From an uncultured Verrucomicrobia subdivision 3 bacterium (GTDB lineage Bacteria; Verrucomicrobiota; Verrucomicrobiia; Limisphaerales; UBA11358), in the NCBI GenBank assembly GCA_903878805.1, contig CAIRJF010000030.1, forward strand, positions 5,873-69,872: a stretch of DNA of 64,000 bases, in the 5' to 3' direction. How positions within the stretch are numbered: the stretch's first letter is position 1; each line of letters begins with the position of its first letter. This document shows, piece after piece, positions 19,111-29,097 of this stretch. The notes beneath the pieces were generated by a model. It did no database searches. It saw nothing but the letters and a program-made list of their open reading frames with translations, and was not told the origin of the DNA. The position numbers and the translations under genes were made by a program.

Positions 19111-19695
19111 TCAAACGGCTTTACGGCGCCAATGAAACATTCGTTCCAAGCCCGTGCGATTCGGATACGAGCGCGGTGTCCAGTCGGATAACAATTCAAA
19201 GTGCGGCGAAAACCGTTCCACCTGCTCGGCGCGCGTGGTGGGAAACGGCGGACCGTCGGGGTCAGTCAGAAAATAATTAACCGCGAGATACTGTCCGCCC
19301 GGCTTGAGCCAGCGTAAAACGGCGCGGACATATTCATCGCGTTCTGACGGTTGGATGGCACAGAACAAAGTGTGTTCAAACAACCAGTCATATTTTTTTG
19401 GTGGCTCGTCGCGCAGAAAATCCGTGAGCGCGAAGGTGGCGGTGAGTCCGACAGCCTTCGTCTTGGCCTCGGCGGAAGTAATCGCGCTGGGCGCGACGTC
19501 AAAACCAAAAGCGTCAAAGCCCGCTTGCGCAAACGCGCGCACGTCATGGCCGCTGCCGCAGCCGGGAACGCAAACCGTTCCGCGTTTTAACTTGGGATTG
19601 GCCGCGAGAAAATCCACGAGGCCGGGCGAGGGCGCACCTTTTTCCCACGGCATATCGGCGGCTTGATAACGGGCTTCCCAATAATCGCGACTCAT
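19111..19695 (-). CDS. SAM-dependent methyltransferase (thiopurine S-methyltransferase-like)
   Basis: YWEARYQAADMPWEKG...VCVPGCGSGHDVRAFAQAGFDAFGFDVAP. The start at MSRDYW (19695) avoids a 23-nt overlap with lolD. Confidence 0.75.
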   Translation of the reverse strand: MSRDYWEARYQAADMPWEKGAPSPGLVDFLAANPKLKRGTVCVPGCGSGHDVRAFAQAGFDAFGFDVAPSAITSAEAKTKAVGLTATFALTDFLRDEPPKKYDWLFEHTLFCAIQPSERDEYVRAVLRWLKPGGQYLAVNYFLTDPDGPPFPTTRAEQVERFSPHFELLSDWTPRSYPNRTGLERMFHWRRKAV

Positions 19696-19699
19696 GAGC

Positions 19700-20380
19700 T
19701 TAAGCCGCCGCGACGAGGCCATCCACGAGTTCGATCACGCGCGGCGCGAGCGCGGCAACCCGCGCGTCGTGCGTGGCAATGATGAGGGTGGTTTGTTTTT
19801 CCGTCCGCAGCGACTGGAGCAGTTCCATGATTTCACTGCCGGTGCGCGAATCAAGATTGCCGGTCGGTTCATCGGCGAGCAGCAACACCGGCTCGTTGAT
19901 GAGGGCGCGGGCGATGGCGACGCGCTGCTGTTCGCCGCCGGAAAGCTCGGAGGGCTTGTGATCGAAACGGTCTTGCAAGCCGACGCGCGCAAGCAATTCC
20001 GTCGCGCGTTTTTTTGCAACCTCGGTCGGAATACGCGCGATGCGCGCGGTCAGGCAGACATTTTCCAGCGCGGTCAATTCCGGCAGGAGATGATACGACT
20101 GGAAAACAAAGCCAACACTGCGGTTGCGGAAATTCGTCAGCTTGCTTTCGGAAAAGTCGGCAAAACTTTGGCCGTTAAAAATAATTTCGCCCGCGTTCGG
20201 CGTGTCGAGGCCACCGATGAGATGGAGCAACGTGCTTTTGCCCGCGCCCGACGCGCCGCGCAACGCGAGGAAATCGCCGCGCGTGATGTCCACATCCACG
20301 CCGCGCAAAACTTCCAACGTGCGTTTGCCCATGACGTAAGTTTTGGTGAGTCCGCGCGCGGACAGGAGCAGTTCATTCAT
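19700..20380 (-). CDS. lolD: lipoprotein-releasing ABC transporter ATP-binding protein
   Basis: 226 aa with Walker A GASGAGKST, signature LSGGEQQRVAIARAL and Walker B LLLADEPTGNLD. It lies directly downstream of the LolC/E-like permease. Confidence 0.85.
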   Translation of the reverse strand: MNELLLSARGLTKTYVMGKRTLEVLRGVDVDITRGDFLALRGASGAGKSTLLHLIGGLDTPNAGEIIFNGQSFADFSESKLTNFRNRSVGFVFQSYHLLPELTALENVCLTARIARIPTEVAKKRATELLARVGLQDRFDHKPSELSGGEQQRVAIARALINEPVLLLADEPTGNLDSRTGSEIMELLQSLRTEKQTTLIIATHDARVAALAPRVIELVDGLVAAA

Positions 20381-21647
20381 AACGCAACGCTTCCACAGGT
20401 TTCAACCGCCCTGCCCTGATGGCCGGCAACACGCCGCCGAGAATGCAGATGATAAACGAACTGATGCAAATAATCGCCAAGTCGCGCGGCGCGATGACGG
20501 CGGGCAGTTCGCCAAAGCCATAGACGGACGCGGGGAAAAGTTCAAAGCCGGTCAGCCGGTTCATGAAATGCAAAAACTCGTTGCGATACGCGAGCGCCAA
20601 CATTCCCAGGCCGAAGCCGGACGCCACGCCGATGATGCCGATGACGGCGCTCTGGGCGAGAAAGATGCCAGAGATTTGCAGCTTCGTCGCGCCCAGCGCC
20701 TTGAGCATACCGATCTCGCGCGTCTTCTGGATGACAAAAGTTATTTGCGCGCTCAAGATGCACAGCGCAGCCACGAGCACGATGAAAAATAATAAATAAA
20801 ACATCACGTTCTTCTCCACGATTAGCGCGTTGAGAATGCCTGAGTTTTGTTCCATCCACGTCGAGACGTAAAAGTTTCCATCAAGCGCGTTCATGAGTTG
20901 ACCCTTCACCGCGCCGGCCTGATACGGATCATTGAGCATCACGAAAAGGCCGTGCACCGAGTCGTCGAGGTCATACAAATCCTGCGCGTTGTCGAGCGAG
21001 GTGACGACCACGCGGGCGTTGTATTCATAGTAGCCGGCATCAAAAATTCCACGCACTTCGTAATCGTCCGGCAGAATCGCCTCGTCCTGTTTTTTGTCGT
21101 GCGCGGCCTTCATCTTCTTGATTTCGCGCGCGGAATAAATTGAGAGATGGTCGCCGACGGCCAGCCGCAGGTTGTTCGCGAAATCCACGCCCACAATCAG
21201 TCCGCGCCCGCTCAAATCAAATTTCCCTTCGACCAAGTCTTTCGGCAGATTGCTGATTTTGCCTTCCGTTTCCGGGTCAATGCCACGCAACATCGGCGCG
21301 TCTTGCAACGAAGTGTGGTTGGTATCGCCCTGCGTTTCGACCAGCACCGGACCAAAGACGAAGGGCGAAACGCCGCGCACATTTTTGTTCTGCAAAATGA
21401 TTTTCTCCACCGCCGCGTAATTTTTCATCGTTGTGCCGGATTGCGAGACGGTGAGGTGCGCATTGAAACCGAGAATCTTGTCGCGCAAATCGTGGTCGAA
21501 CCCGCTCATGACGCTGATGACAATAATGAGCACCGCCACGCCGAGCGCGACGCCAAGAATAGAAATGAGCGTGATGACGGAGACGAAAGTCCGTTTGGGC
21601 CGCAGATAACGCAGCGCCAGGAACAGTTCAAACGGCAATCGAGACAT
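20373..21647 (-). CDS. LolC/LolE-family (FtsX-like) lipoprotein-release permease
   Basis: 424 aa: MSRLPFELFLALRYLRPKRTFVSVITLISILGVALGVAVLIIVISVMSGF..., a large periplasmic loop and a C-terminal FtsX-type 3-TM bundle. Confidence 0.85.
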   Translation of the reverse strand: MSRLPFELFLALRYLRPKRTFVSVITLISILGVALGVAVLIIVISVMSGFDHDLRDKILGFNAHLTVSQSGTTMKNYAAVEKIILQNKNVRGVSPFVFGPVLVETQGDTNHTSLQDAPMLRGIDPETEGKISNLPKDLVEGKFDLSGRGLIVGVDFANNLRLAVGDHLSIYSAREIKKMKAAHDKKQDEAILPDDYEVRGIFDAGYYEYNARVVVTSLDNAQDLYDLDDSVHGLFVMLNDPYQAGAVKGQLMNALDGNFYVSTWMEQNSGILNALIVEKNVMFYLLFFIVLVAALCILSAQITFVIQKTREIGMLKALGATKLQISGIFLAQSAVIGIIGVASGFGLGMLALAYRNEFLHFMNRLTGFELFPASVYGFGELPAVIAPRDLAIICISSFIICILGGVLPAIRAGRLKPVEALRYE

Positions 21648-21701
21648 CGGTGAAGGCTAAAGAGGCGCGGCGACGGTGTCAATTTCTGGCGTCCAAGAAA
21701 T

Positions 21702-22508
21702 TTATTTTGACGGGACGAACGGATTTTTTTTCTCCGTCGCCAACGCGCGGTTGAGGAACAGTGGGCTGACGAAAAGATAAATCCAACCAATAACGAGGTG
21801 CATCCCGAAGGCGAAGCAGAGTTGCACTAGGTCGAAGCCGCCGCATTCGTAAAGCACCAGCGCGAGCGAGATCACCAACGCGCCGGGCATGAGCGCGGCG
21901 GCGGCCAGCCGCCAACTGGCGAGGAGGTTCAAGTCGCGATTCGCAAAAAAACAGAGCAGCCAGACCAGCGGCGCATAAATCGTCGCCAGCGTCGCCCACG
22001 TCAGCAGCAGGCCGAAGAATGTGCCAATGGCCGCGAGGCCGAGCAGGTTCGGCGCCCACGCGCCCCACGCCGGTCGCGCGTCGCCCCGGTTGGCAGCAAT
22101 GATGTAACCGGCGGGATAATCCACATACGCCTCGCCGAAGAGCGAATAGATGCGGATGTCGTCGCGACCGAACTCAAATTGAAAATCTGCCGGGGAATGC
22201 AGCGCGCCGCCGTGTTCCACATCCACGCTGAGCGCGAGAATTTTTCCTTCCGCGAGCATGACGGGCGAATCTTCGCGCCAGTCGAGCTTGCCGCCGTGGA
22301 TGCTGCCCATGTCGGGCAACTGCTCGATGGCGCCGCCGATTATGGGAAAAATTCCGTCGGACAAACACCACACGACCGCCGCCGCCGCCAGCAGCGCAAA
22401 GATGGATTGAACGATGAAGAGCCGCTCGAACGAGGCGCGCGCAAAGGCCGCCACGCCGCGCGGCGTCAGCGGTTCCCAAGCAAAGGACGGTTCGCGAAAC
22501 GCGTTCAC
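21702..22508 (-). CDS. hypothetical polytopic membrane protein
   Basis: 268-aa ORF with several long hydrophobic segments. No family recognised. Confidence 0.55.
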   Translation of the reverse strand: MNAFREPSFAWEPLTPRGVAAFARASFERLFIVQSIFALLAAAAVVWCLSDGIFPIIGGAIEQLPDMGSIHGGKLDWREDSPVMLAEGKILALSVDVEHGGALHSPADFQFEFGRDDIRIYSLFGEAYVDYPAGYIIAANRGDARPAWGAWAPNLLGLAAIGTFFGLLLTWATLATIYAPLVWLLCFFANRDLNLLASWRLAAAALMPGALVISLALVLYECGGFDLVQLCFAFGMHLVIGWIYLFVSPLFLNRALATEKKNPFVPSK

Positions 22509-22541
22509 GCCGCGAAAGGTAGCACAAACCGGCGGATTAAA

Positions 22542-22973
22542 TCAGCCCTGTTTTTCCGGCAGCGGTGGCTGGCCCGGCATCGGCGCGTGGATGACCGGCA
22601 CGGGATAACGCAGTTTCATCACGTCGTCCACGAGCACCTCGATGTAGTAAGTGCCGGCGGAGTCAAATTTGACCTGCCCGAAAAAAGTCACGTTCGTCGC
22701 GCTCAAGGCCGGGTCGCGCAGCTCGAACTTCAGTTCGTTCTTGGCCACGACCGTGGTCTGGTCGGGCGCGATCAGGCGGACGGTTTCGTTGAACGCACCG
22801 ATGCCCGCCGCCCAGCGGTTGAAGATGCAAATGCGACCAGCGACAACGGGCAGTTGCGGCACGCGGACGACTTGGACGACGCCGATGAGAAAGAGGTTGC
22901 CGTTCACTTCCTGACGGACTTCCTCGCACAGGAGCGAACATTGCAGGTCGGGCAGAATTCGGGTGGCTTGCAT
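22542..22973 (-). CDS. hypothetical soluble protein
   Basis: 143-aa ORF with coding-like composition. No motif recognised with confidence. Confidence 0.5.
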   Translation of the reverse strand: MQATRILPDLQCSLLCEEVRQEVNGNLFLIGVVQVVRVPQLPVVAGRICIFNRWAAGIGAFNETVRLIAPDQTTVVAKNELKFELRDPALSATNVTFFGQVKFDSAGTYYIEVLVDDVMKLRYPVPVIHAPMPGQPPLPEKQG

Positions 22974-23025
22974 AAATAATTGAACTTACATTTTGACGGA
23001 GAAACGCCGGATGTCAGGGAAAAAA

Positions 23026-23382
23026 TCACTTCTGTTCGCGCCCTTCGTCTTCCAGATGAAATTTGTGCAACGCACGATGGACAACCGGCGCGAAAATAAT
23101 TCCCAAAATGGCGATCAACGTAAGACCGCTGAACAACGCATAGCAACCAGCGAAAATCTTCCCGCCATTTGTTTGCAACGTCGCCACCGGTCCCATTCCG
23201 GAAAGAATCATCGCGGCGTTCACAAACGCGTCCACCCACGACAAGTTTTCAAAAAAATGATAGCCCGCCATGCCGATGCCCAGCGAAACAACAATCACCG
23301 CAACGCCTAGCGCGGCGTGACGCACGATGCGCCGGTAATAAATTTTGCGGGGCAACAGCGGCTTGGTGTGATGCTCATACAT
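23026..23382 (-). CDS. hypothetical small membrane protein (3 TM)
   Basis: 118 aa with three hydrophobic helices. No selectivity-filter or other motif recognised. Confidence 0.5.
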   Translation of the reverse strand: MYEHHTKPLLPRKIYYRRIVRHAALGVAVIVVSLGIGMAGYHFFENLSWVDAFVNAAMILSGMGPVATLQTNGGKIFAGCYALFSGLTLIAILGIIFAPVVHRALHKFHLEDEGREQK

Positions 23383-23385
23383 AAA

Positions 23386-24477
23386 TCAATGGCGCAACCC
23401 GACGGCTTGTGACAAGTGTTTCATGCCGGCGATTTCCAGCCGCACTTGCAAACCGGCCACAATTTTTTTGGCAACGCCCGGCCCTTCGTAAACCATGCCA
23501 GTGTAAACTTGCACAAGCGACGCACCGGCGGTGATCTTTTCCCACGCATCATCCGCATCAAAGATGCCGCCGACACCGATGATGGGCAGCTTGCCCTGCG
23601 TCTGCTGGTAAAGATGATGGACAACTTCCGTACTGCGCGCCCGCAACGGACGTCCGCTCAAGCCGCCGGTTTCGTCGTAAATTTTTTGGAGCTTCGCGTC
23701 ACTCGTTTGCGGACGGGCAATCGTCGTATTCGTCGCCACAATGCCCGCGATGTTGCGCGGCGCGACGAGTTCGAGAATTTCGTCCAACGCTTCAAACGTC
23801 AAGTCCGGCGCAACTTTTACGAGAATCGGTTTGCGCGTAGGATTAAGCGATTGCAGCGCGGCAAAGATTTCGTCCAACGCCGCTTTATCCTGCAACTGCC
23901 GCAAGTTCGGCGTGTTCGGCGAACTGACATTGACCACAAAAAAATCCGCAAGGTCGCGCAGCGCGCGAAAAGAATTCGCATAATCCTCGGCGGCTTTTTC
24001 AAGCGGCGTAATTTTGGATTTGCCGAGGTTGATGCCGACGGGATGTGCCGGCCAGCGCCCGGAATTTTTCCACGCGGCCAGTTTTTGCGCCATGGCTTCC
24101 GCGCCTGAATTATTGAAACCCATGCGGTTGATCACGCCTTCATCAGCGATGGCGCGGAACATGCGCGGCTTGGGATTGCCGGGCTGCGCGTGCCAAGTCA
24201 CGCCGCCAAGTTCGGTGAAACCGAAACCGAGGGCGGCCCAACCCGGAACCGCCGAGGCGTGCTTGTCCATGCCCGCCGCGAGGCCAACGGGATTGGGAAA
24301 TTTTAAACCAAAAACTTCCGTCGGCAGTTCTGGCGATCCAAAAATGGATTTTACCGCGCCCAGCGCGAACGAACTACGGCTCACGCGGGCGAGCGCATTC
24401 ACCGCTTTATTGTGCGCCACTTCCGAGTCCTGTCGGAACAACTGCGGACGGATGATTGTTTTATGCAGCCAGCCCAT
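23386..24477 (-). CDS. pyrD: dihydroorotate dehydrogenase (quinone), class 2
   Basis: 363 aa with NPVGLAAGMDK, GFTELGGVT, NVSSPNTPNLR and GGLSGRPL motifs. Confidence 0.9.
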   Translation of the reverse strand: MGWLHKTIIRPQLFRQDSEVAHNKAVNALARVSRSSFALGAVKSIFGSPELPTEVFGLKFPNPVGLAAGMDKHASAVPGWAALGFGFTELGGVTWHAQPGNPKPRMFRAIADEGVINRMGFNNSGAEAMAQKLAAWKNSGRWPAHPVGINLGKSKITPLEKAAEDYANSFRALRDLADFFVVNVSSPNTPNLRQLQDKAALDEIFAALQSLNPTRKPILVKVAPDLTFEALDEILELVAPRNIAGIVATNTTIARPQTSDAKLQKIYDETGGLSGRPLRARSTEVVHHLYQQTQGKLPIIGVGGIFDADDAWEKITAGASLVQVYTGMVYEGPGVAKKIVAGLQVRLEIAGMKHLSQAVGLRH

Positions 24478-24557
24478 GATTGAAATGATGAAGGCGGAAT
24501 GATGAATTATGAAGCGGTTTCTGTCATCAGACAGCGATGAAAATCGAAAGGCTCATT

Positions 24558-26552
24558 TCACTGAACGTTTTTCTTCGCCGTCGCGCGCTCGCGGATTTGT
24601 TTGTAAGTCGCCAGTGCCAGCAGCGGCCACGCGTTGCGATACATGTCGTATTTCAAATAGAACACCTTCGGAAATCCCGTGCCGGTGGTTTCATTTTCCG
24701 TCCACGAGCCGTCGGCGTTTTGCATGCGGCAAAGATACTCGATGCCACGTTTGAGCGCGGGATTTTCCGGATCGTCAAAAGCACACAAACCCATGACGGC
24801 CCAAGCAGTTTGCGACGCGGTGCTTGGCCCCTGCCCTTTGAAAACCGGGTCGTCGTAGGTGTTGCAACGCTCGCCCCAGCCGCCGTCGTCGTGCTGGACG
24901 CTTTCGAGCCAGGCCTTGCCGCGCTGGAGCCAGTCTTCATTCATGTTCAGGCTCATCGCGCGCATCCCGCGCAACACCTGCCAGGTTCCGTAAATGTAGT
25001 TCACGCCCCAGCGGCCATACCACGAGCCGTCCACTTCCTGCTGCGCCTTGACGTAGTCGAGCGCGTCGCGCACCTGATGATGGCCGCCGCTCCAACCCTC
25101 GTAGCCGAGCAGTTCCAAAATACGCGCGGTGATGTCGGCGCATTCGGGATCAAGCATCGCGTTGTGGTCGGCGAACGGAACTTTTTCCAAAATATTTTTG
25201 GTGCAATCCTTGTCGAACGCCGCCCAGCCGCCGTCTTTGCACTGAAAGGTCATCATCCATTTCAAGCCGCGCTTGAAGCATTCGTCGCGCTTCGCCGGAT
25301 TGTCCGTGGGAATCAAACGCAACGCGAGTAACACCATCGCCGTGTCATCCACGTCGGGATTCCACTTGTTGTTGTATTCAAAAACCCAACCGCTCGGTTC
25401 GACCTTGGCCGGATTTTTATGAATCCAATCGCCGGCAAAGCGAATTTCCTTTTCCATCAACCACTCGGCGCATTGCTTCATTTTCGGATGTTCGGCAGGA
25501 ACACCGGATTCGCGCAGACAAATCGCAACGATGGCCGTGTCCCACACCGGCGAAAAACACGGCTCGATGCGCACGGAATCTTTTTCCTCGTGCTCAAGTT
25601 TCTTCAACTCGTGTGCGGCGCGGACGACTTGCGGATGGTCGTCGGGATAACCGAGCGCCTTGAGCGCGATAAGCGAATTGAGCATCGCCGGAAAAATCGC
25701 GGCCAGACCATCGCTGCCCTCGAAGCGTTCGAGCATCCAGTTTTCGCATTTTTTCAGCGCCGTTTTGCGAAACGGATGGATGCTGTGTTCCGCAAACCAT
25801 TCCGCCAGCTTGTGCAGCCGGTCAAGCCACAGGAAAAAATTGCGCAGCGAAATCTTTTCCGGGTCAGGCGCGAGCGCGAGGTCGCGTTCATGGATGCCGT
25901 CGGGATACAGTTCGTCCAGCGTCACGTTCACCGGGCGCGTGGGCTTGAAATGGTTGATGATGGCCAGCGGCACAATCATTCCGCGCGACCAGTTGCTCAT
26001 GTCCCAGAAATTCACATGGAACCATTTGCCGATGAGCAGCACCTCGCACGGAATCGTCGGCACATATTCCCACGGAAATAAACCGATGAGCGCGAGATAC
26101 AATTTTGAAAACGTGTTCATGCGCGGCACGCCGCCGAAATGCAACGCCACCTCGCGCGCCTTCAACATCCGTGGATCTTTCACTGGCACGCCGGCAAGTT
26201 TCAGCGCGAGATACGCCTTGATGGTGGCATTCACCTCGGACGGGCCGTTGAGATAGATATTCCAGCCGCCGTCCGGCAACTGCATCGAGAAAATGTGGTT
26301 GACCGCCTTCCGTTGCCATTCCTTGTCCGCGCTCCCGTTCCAGTGGTGATACGCGACCATGTCGGAAACGAGCGTGGAATCCACCATGAGTTCGCCGACC
26401 CAGAAGCCTTCGGGTCTTTGCTCGGACAAAAGAAAATCCTGCGACCGTTTTATCGCGGCCTGCAACTCGAAAAAGAATTCGTCGGGCTTCGGGCTGGCCG
26501 GCGCACTGGCGACCGGTTTGAGCCGGGAATCACTATCAATCAACACGCGCAT
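24558..26552 (-). CDS. shc: squalene-hopene cyclase
   Basis: The catalytic DVDDTA motif (NPDVDDTAMVLLAL) and multiple QW repeats (DGGW / DGSW). The ATG at 26552 (MRVLIDSDS...) is chosen because the 88-codon upstream extension in the ORF track looks non-coding. Confidence 0.9.
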   Translation of the reverse strand: MRVLIDSDSRLKPVASAPASPKPDEFFFELQAAIKRSQDFLLSEQRPEGFWVGELMVDSTLVSDMVAYHHWNGSADKEWQRKAVNHIFSMQLPDGGWNIYLNGPSEVNATIKAYLALKLAGVPVKDPRMLKAREVALHFGGVPRMNTFSKLYLALIGLFPWEYVPTIPCEVLLIGKWFHVNFWDMSNWSRGMIVPLAIINHFKPTRPVNVTLDELYPDGIHERDLALAPDPEKISLRNFFLWLDRLHKLAEWFAEHSIHPFRKTALKKCENWMLERFEGSDGLAAIFPAMLNSLIALKALGYPDDHPQVVRAAHELKKLEHEEKDSVRIEPCFSPVWDTAIVAICLRESGVPAEHPKMKQCAEWLMEKEIRFAGDWIHKNPAKVEPSGWVFEYNNKWNPDVDDTAMVLLALRLIPTDNPAKRDECFKRGLKWMMTFQCKDGGWAAFDKDCTKNILEKVPFADHNAMLDPECADITARILELLGYEGWSGGHHQVRDALDYVKAQQEVDGSWYGRWGVNYIYGTWQVLRGMRAMSLNMNEDWLQRGKAWLESVQHDDGGWGERCNTYDDPVFKGQGPSTASQTAWAVMGLCAFDDPENPALKRGIEYLCRMQNADGSWTENETTGTGFPKVFYLKYDMYRNAWPLLALATYKQIRERATAKKNVQ

Positions 26553-26623
26553 ACTTTGCGGATTTGGAAAATGAGAGTAAAGAATTTCCTGCGCGCGGCG
26601 GCGCGCAAAATAAATTTTTTCAT

Positions 26624-27649
26624 TTACGCCAGCGCCCAACCCGGCTTGATTTCCTCGTCGAGCAGCGGCAACGGCGTTTGTGCCAGCAATTTCCTTTCCG
26701 CCAGAATGCCGATCATCGCCGCGTTGTCCGTGCAAAGCGATTTTTCCGCCAGCCGCAACGTCAGGCCGTTTTTCTGGCAGGCGCTTTCCAGTTCGCGCCG
26801 CAAGGCGCGGTTGCACGTCACGCCACCGGAGGCCGTCACGCAGCGGACACGTTCACGCTTCGCTGCGCGAATGGTCTTTTTCACCAGAACTTCGATGATC
26901 GCCGCCTGCACGCTGGCGCAGAGGTCGCAAACTTTCTGCCGGTCGTCGAGCAGCGCCGGATGGTCGCGGACAAAATAACGCACGGAAGTTTTCAAGCCGC
27001 TGAAACTAAAATCGTCATTCGCGTCGTGCAGCAGCGGACGCGGAAAAGCAAACGCGCTCGGATTCCCCTGCTCCGCCAGCCGGTCAATCACCGGGCCGGC
27101 GGGATACGGCAGCCCCATGAGCTTGCCGGTCTTGTCGAAACATTCGCCCGCCGCATCGTCAATCGTCCCGCCCAGCACGCGATGGTTCAATTCCGATTTC
27201 ACCAGCACCAGCAGCGTGTGTCCGCCGCTGACAATCAGCGAGACGTTTGGCTGAAACTTGGAAAAATCTGCCGTCAAAGTTTCGCCGGAAATCCACGGCG
27301 AATACAAATGCGCCTCGTGATGGTTGATGCCGATGAACGGCTTGCCCAACGCAAACGCCGCCGCCTGCGCCGCTTTGAGACCAACGAGTAAGGCGTTGGG
27401 CAAACCCGGCCCTTGCGTCGCGGCCACGGCGTCGAGCTGCGCCATGGAAATTCCCGCTTCACGCAATGCTGATTGTGCGACCGGCAAAAAATTTTTCAAA
27501 TGCTCGCGCGCCGCGAGTTCGGGCACGACGCCGCCGTATTCCGCATGCAGTTGAATCTGCGAAGTGACGATGTTAGAAAGAATTTTCCCATCGCGCACGA
27601 CCGCAGCGCTGGTTTCGTCGCAGGAAGTTTCGAGCGCGAGCAAAGTCAT
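26624..27649 (-). CDS. tsaD: tRNA N6-adenosine threonylcarbamoyltransferase
   Basis: MTLLALETSCDETSAAV..., INHHEAHL and GGVTCN motifs of Kae1/TsaD. Confidence 0.9.
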   Translation of the reverse strand: MTLLALETSCDETSAAVVRDGKILSNIVTSQIQLHAEYGGVVPELAAREHLKNFLPVAQSALREAGISMAQLDAVAATQGPGLPNALLVGLKAAQAAAFALGKPFIGINHHEAHLYSPWISGETLTADFSKFQPNVSLIVSGGHTLLVLVKSELNHRVLGGTIDDAAGECFDKTGKLMGLPYPAGPVIDRLAEQGNPSAFAFPRPLLHDANDDFSFSGLKTSVRYFVRDHPALLDDRQKVCDLCASVQAAIIEVLVKKTIRAAKRERVRCVTASGGVTCNRALRRELESACQKNGLTLRLAEKSLCTDNAAMIGILAERKLLAQTPLPLLDEEIKPGWALA

Positions 27650-27653
27650 GGCA

Positions 27654-28967
27654 TCACTTCGCCGCAATTTTTTTGGCCGTCTTCTCGCCAGCCAGGGTGT
27701 TGTAAAGAATCAGACTCTTGAGCAAATCATTGGCGCGTTCCAATTGCTCATCGTGAACCACGCCTACGCTGGCGCGCATTGCCGGGGCGATGCCGTCAAG
27801 TCCTTCCGGCGCGCGCTGGAGCAGAACTGCCGCCTCCTCCGCGTCGCTCACCGGCACGAGGATGTCCGGCGTGATACCATGCTGATGAATCACCTTGTGG
27901 CTCGGCGTGTAATACTTCGCCACCGTCAGCTTCAGTGCCGAGCCGTCGTCGAGCGGAAAAATCGTCTGCACGGAACCTTTGCCAAAAGTTTTTTCGCCCA
28001 GGATCACGGCGCGATGCAAATCTTGCAGGCAGCCGGTGACAATTTCCGCCGCGCTCGCACTGCCAAGATTCACGATGACGACGATGGGAATATTTTTCAA
28101 TTCGTCACCGTTGCCCTGCGCAAAATACTTGTCTACGACGCGCCGCCCCTCGGTGGAAACCACCAACTGGCCGCGCGGCAGAAATTTTTGACAGACGGCC
28201 ACGGCTTGTTCGAGCAGCCCGCCCGGATTCCACCGCAAATCCAGAACCAACCCTTTCATGCCCTGCTGTTTCAGTTTGCCGAGCGCGGCTTCAAGATCAT
28301 CCGCCGTGTTGTCGCCGAACTGCGTCAGGCGCACATAGCCGATGCCGGTTTCGCTGAGCGGAAATTGCTGCCGGCCATTGATGTCCTTGACCATCTGCAT
28401 CTGGATGACGGCACGCTGCAAAGTGTAATTTTTTTTCTCGCCGCTGGCCGGTCGCACCACCGTGAGCATGACGGACGAACCCGGATCGCCGCGCAACCGC
28501 TTGACGACATCCGCCAGCGGCTGCCCCTCCACGCTCTGACCCTCGACCTGAGTGATGTAATCGCCGCTCAAAATTCCCGCGCGTGAACCCGGCGTGTCCT
28601 CAATCGGCGCGATGACGGTAATGTGGCCGTCGCGCAGCGCCACGACCAGACCGAGACCGCCAAACTGGCCTTCCGTATCGTCCTGTAATTGCTGGAAAGA
28701 ATCCGCATCAAGAAATTCGCTATGCGGATCGAGCTGGCCGACCGCGCCCTTGAGCGCGGAATAAACAATCTGCTGATACGTCAGGTTCGTGCCGTCCACA
28801 TATTCGCTGCGGATTTTTTGGACGGCGTCGTTGAAGATCTGGAAATTCGCCTGCGCATTGTCGCCATCCGTCGCGGCCTGCGCCGCCGAAAGATAAATCC
28901 TCGCGCCCAACGCGAGGTTAAGCAGCAGCGCCACGACCACCAACCCAAAAATAAAACGGCGTTTCAT
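27654..28967 (-). CDS. carboxy-terminal processing protease (S41 family, PDZ-containing)
   Basis: Start at MKRRFIFGLVVVALLLNLALG (signal anchor). It has a PDZ segment (GAGILSGDYITQVEG), LVLDLRWNPGG and the catalytic context GSASAAEI. Confidence 0.88.
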   Translation of the reverse strand: MKRRFIFGLVVVALLLNLALGARIYLSAAQAATDGDNAQANFQIFNDAVQKIRSEYVDGTNLTYQQIVYSALKGAVGQLDPHSEFLDADSFQQLQDDTEGQFGGLGLVVALRDGHITVIAPIEDTPGSRAGILSGDYITQVEGQSVEGQPLADVVKRLRGDPGSSVMLTVVRPASGEKKNYTLQRAVIQMQMVKDINGRQQFPLSETGIGYVRLTQFGDNTADDLEAALGKLKQQGMKGLVLDLRWNPGGLLEQAVAVCQKFLPRGQLVVSTEGRRVVDKYFAQGNGDELKNIPIVVIVNLGSASAAEIVTGCLQDLHRAVILGEKTFGKGSVQTIFPLDDGSALKLTVAKYYTPSHKVIHQHGITPDILVPVSDAEEAAVLLQRAPEGLDGIAPAMRASVGVVHDEQLERANDLLKSLILYNTLAGEKTAKKIAAK

Positions 28968-29097
28968 CCCGAAAAATTTACCACGAAGCCGCCCCGACAC
29001 AAAGATTTTGAATTTGCTGAATTGGCGGTCAAGCGTCCTCGCGAGCCGCAGGCAAAAGCCAGCCCCGGCTCGCTGGCAGTCTCGCCCCACCTGAAAA

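Noticed and set aside
26553-26816. An 88-codon N-terminal extension of the squalene-hopene cyclase ORF (the 752-aa version).
   Set aside because: The extension is Arg/Gly/Ala-rich with no cyclase homology. The internal ATG at 26552 gives a canonical-length enzyme and leaves a sensible gap before tsaD.
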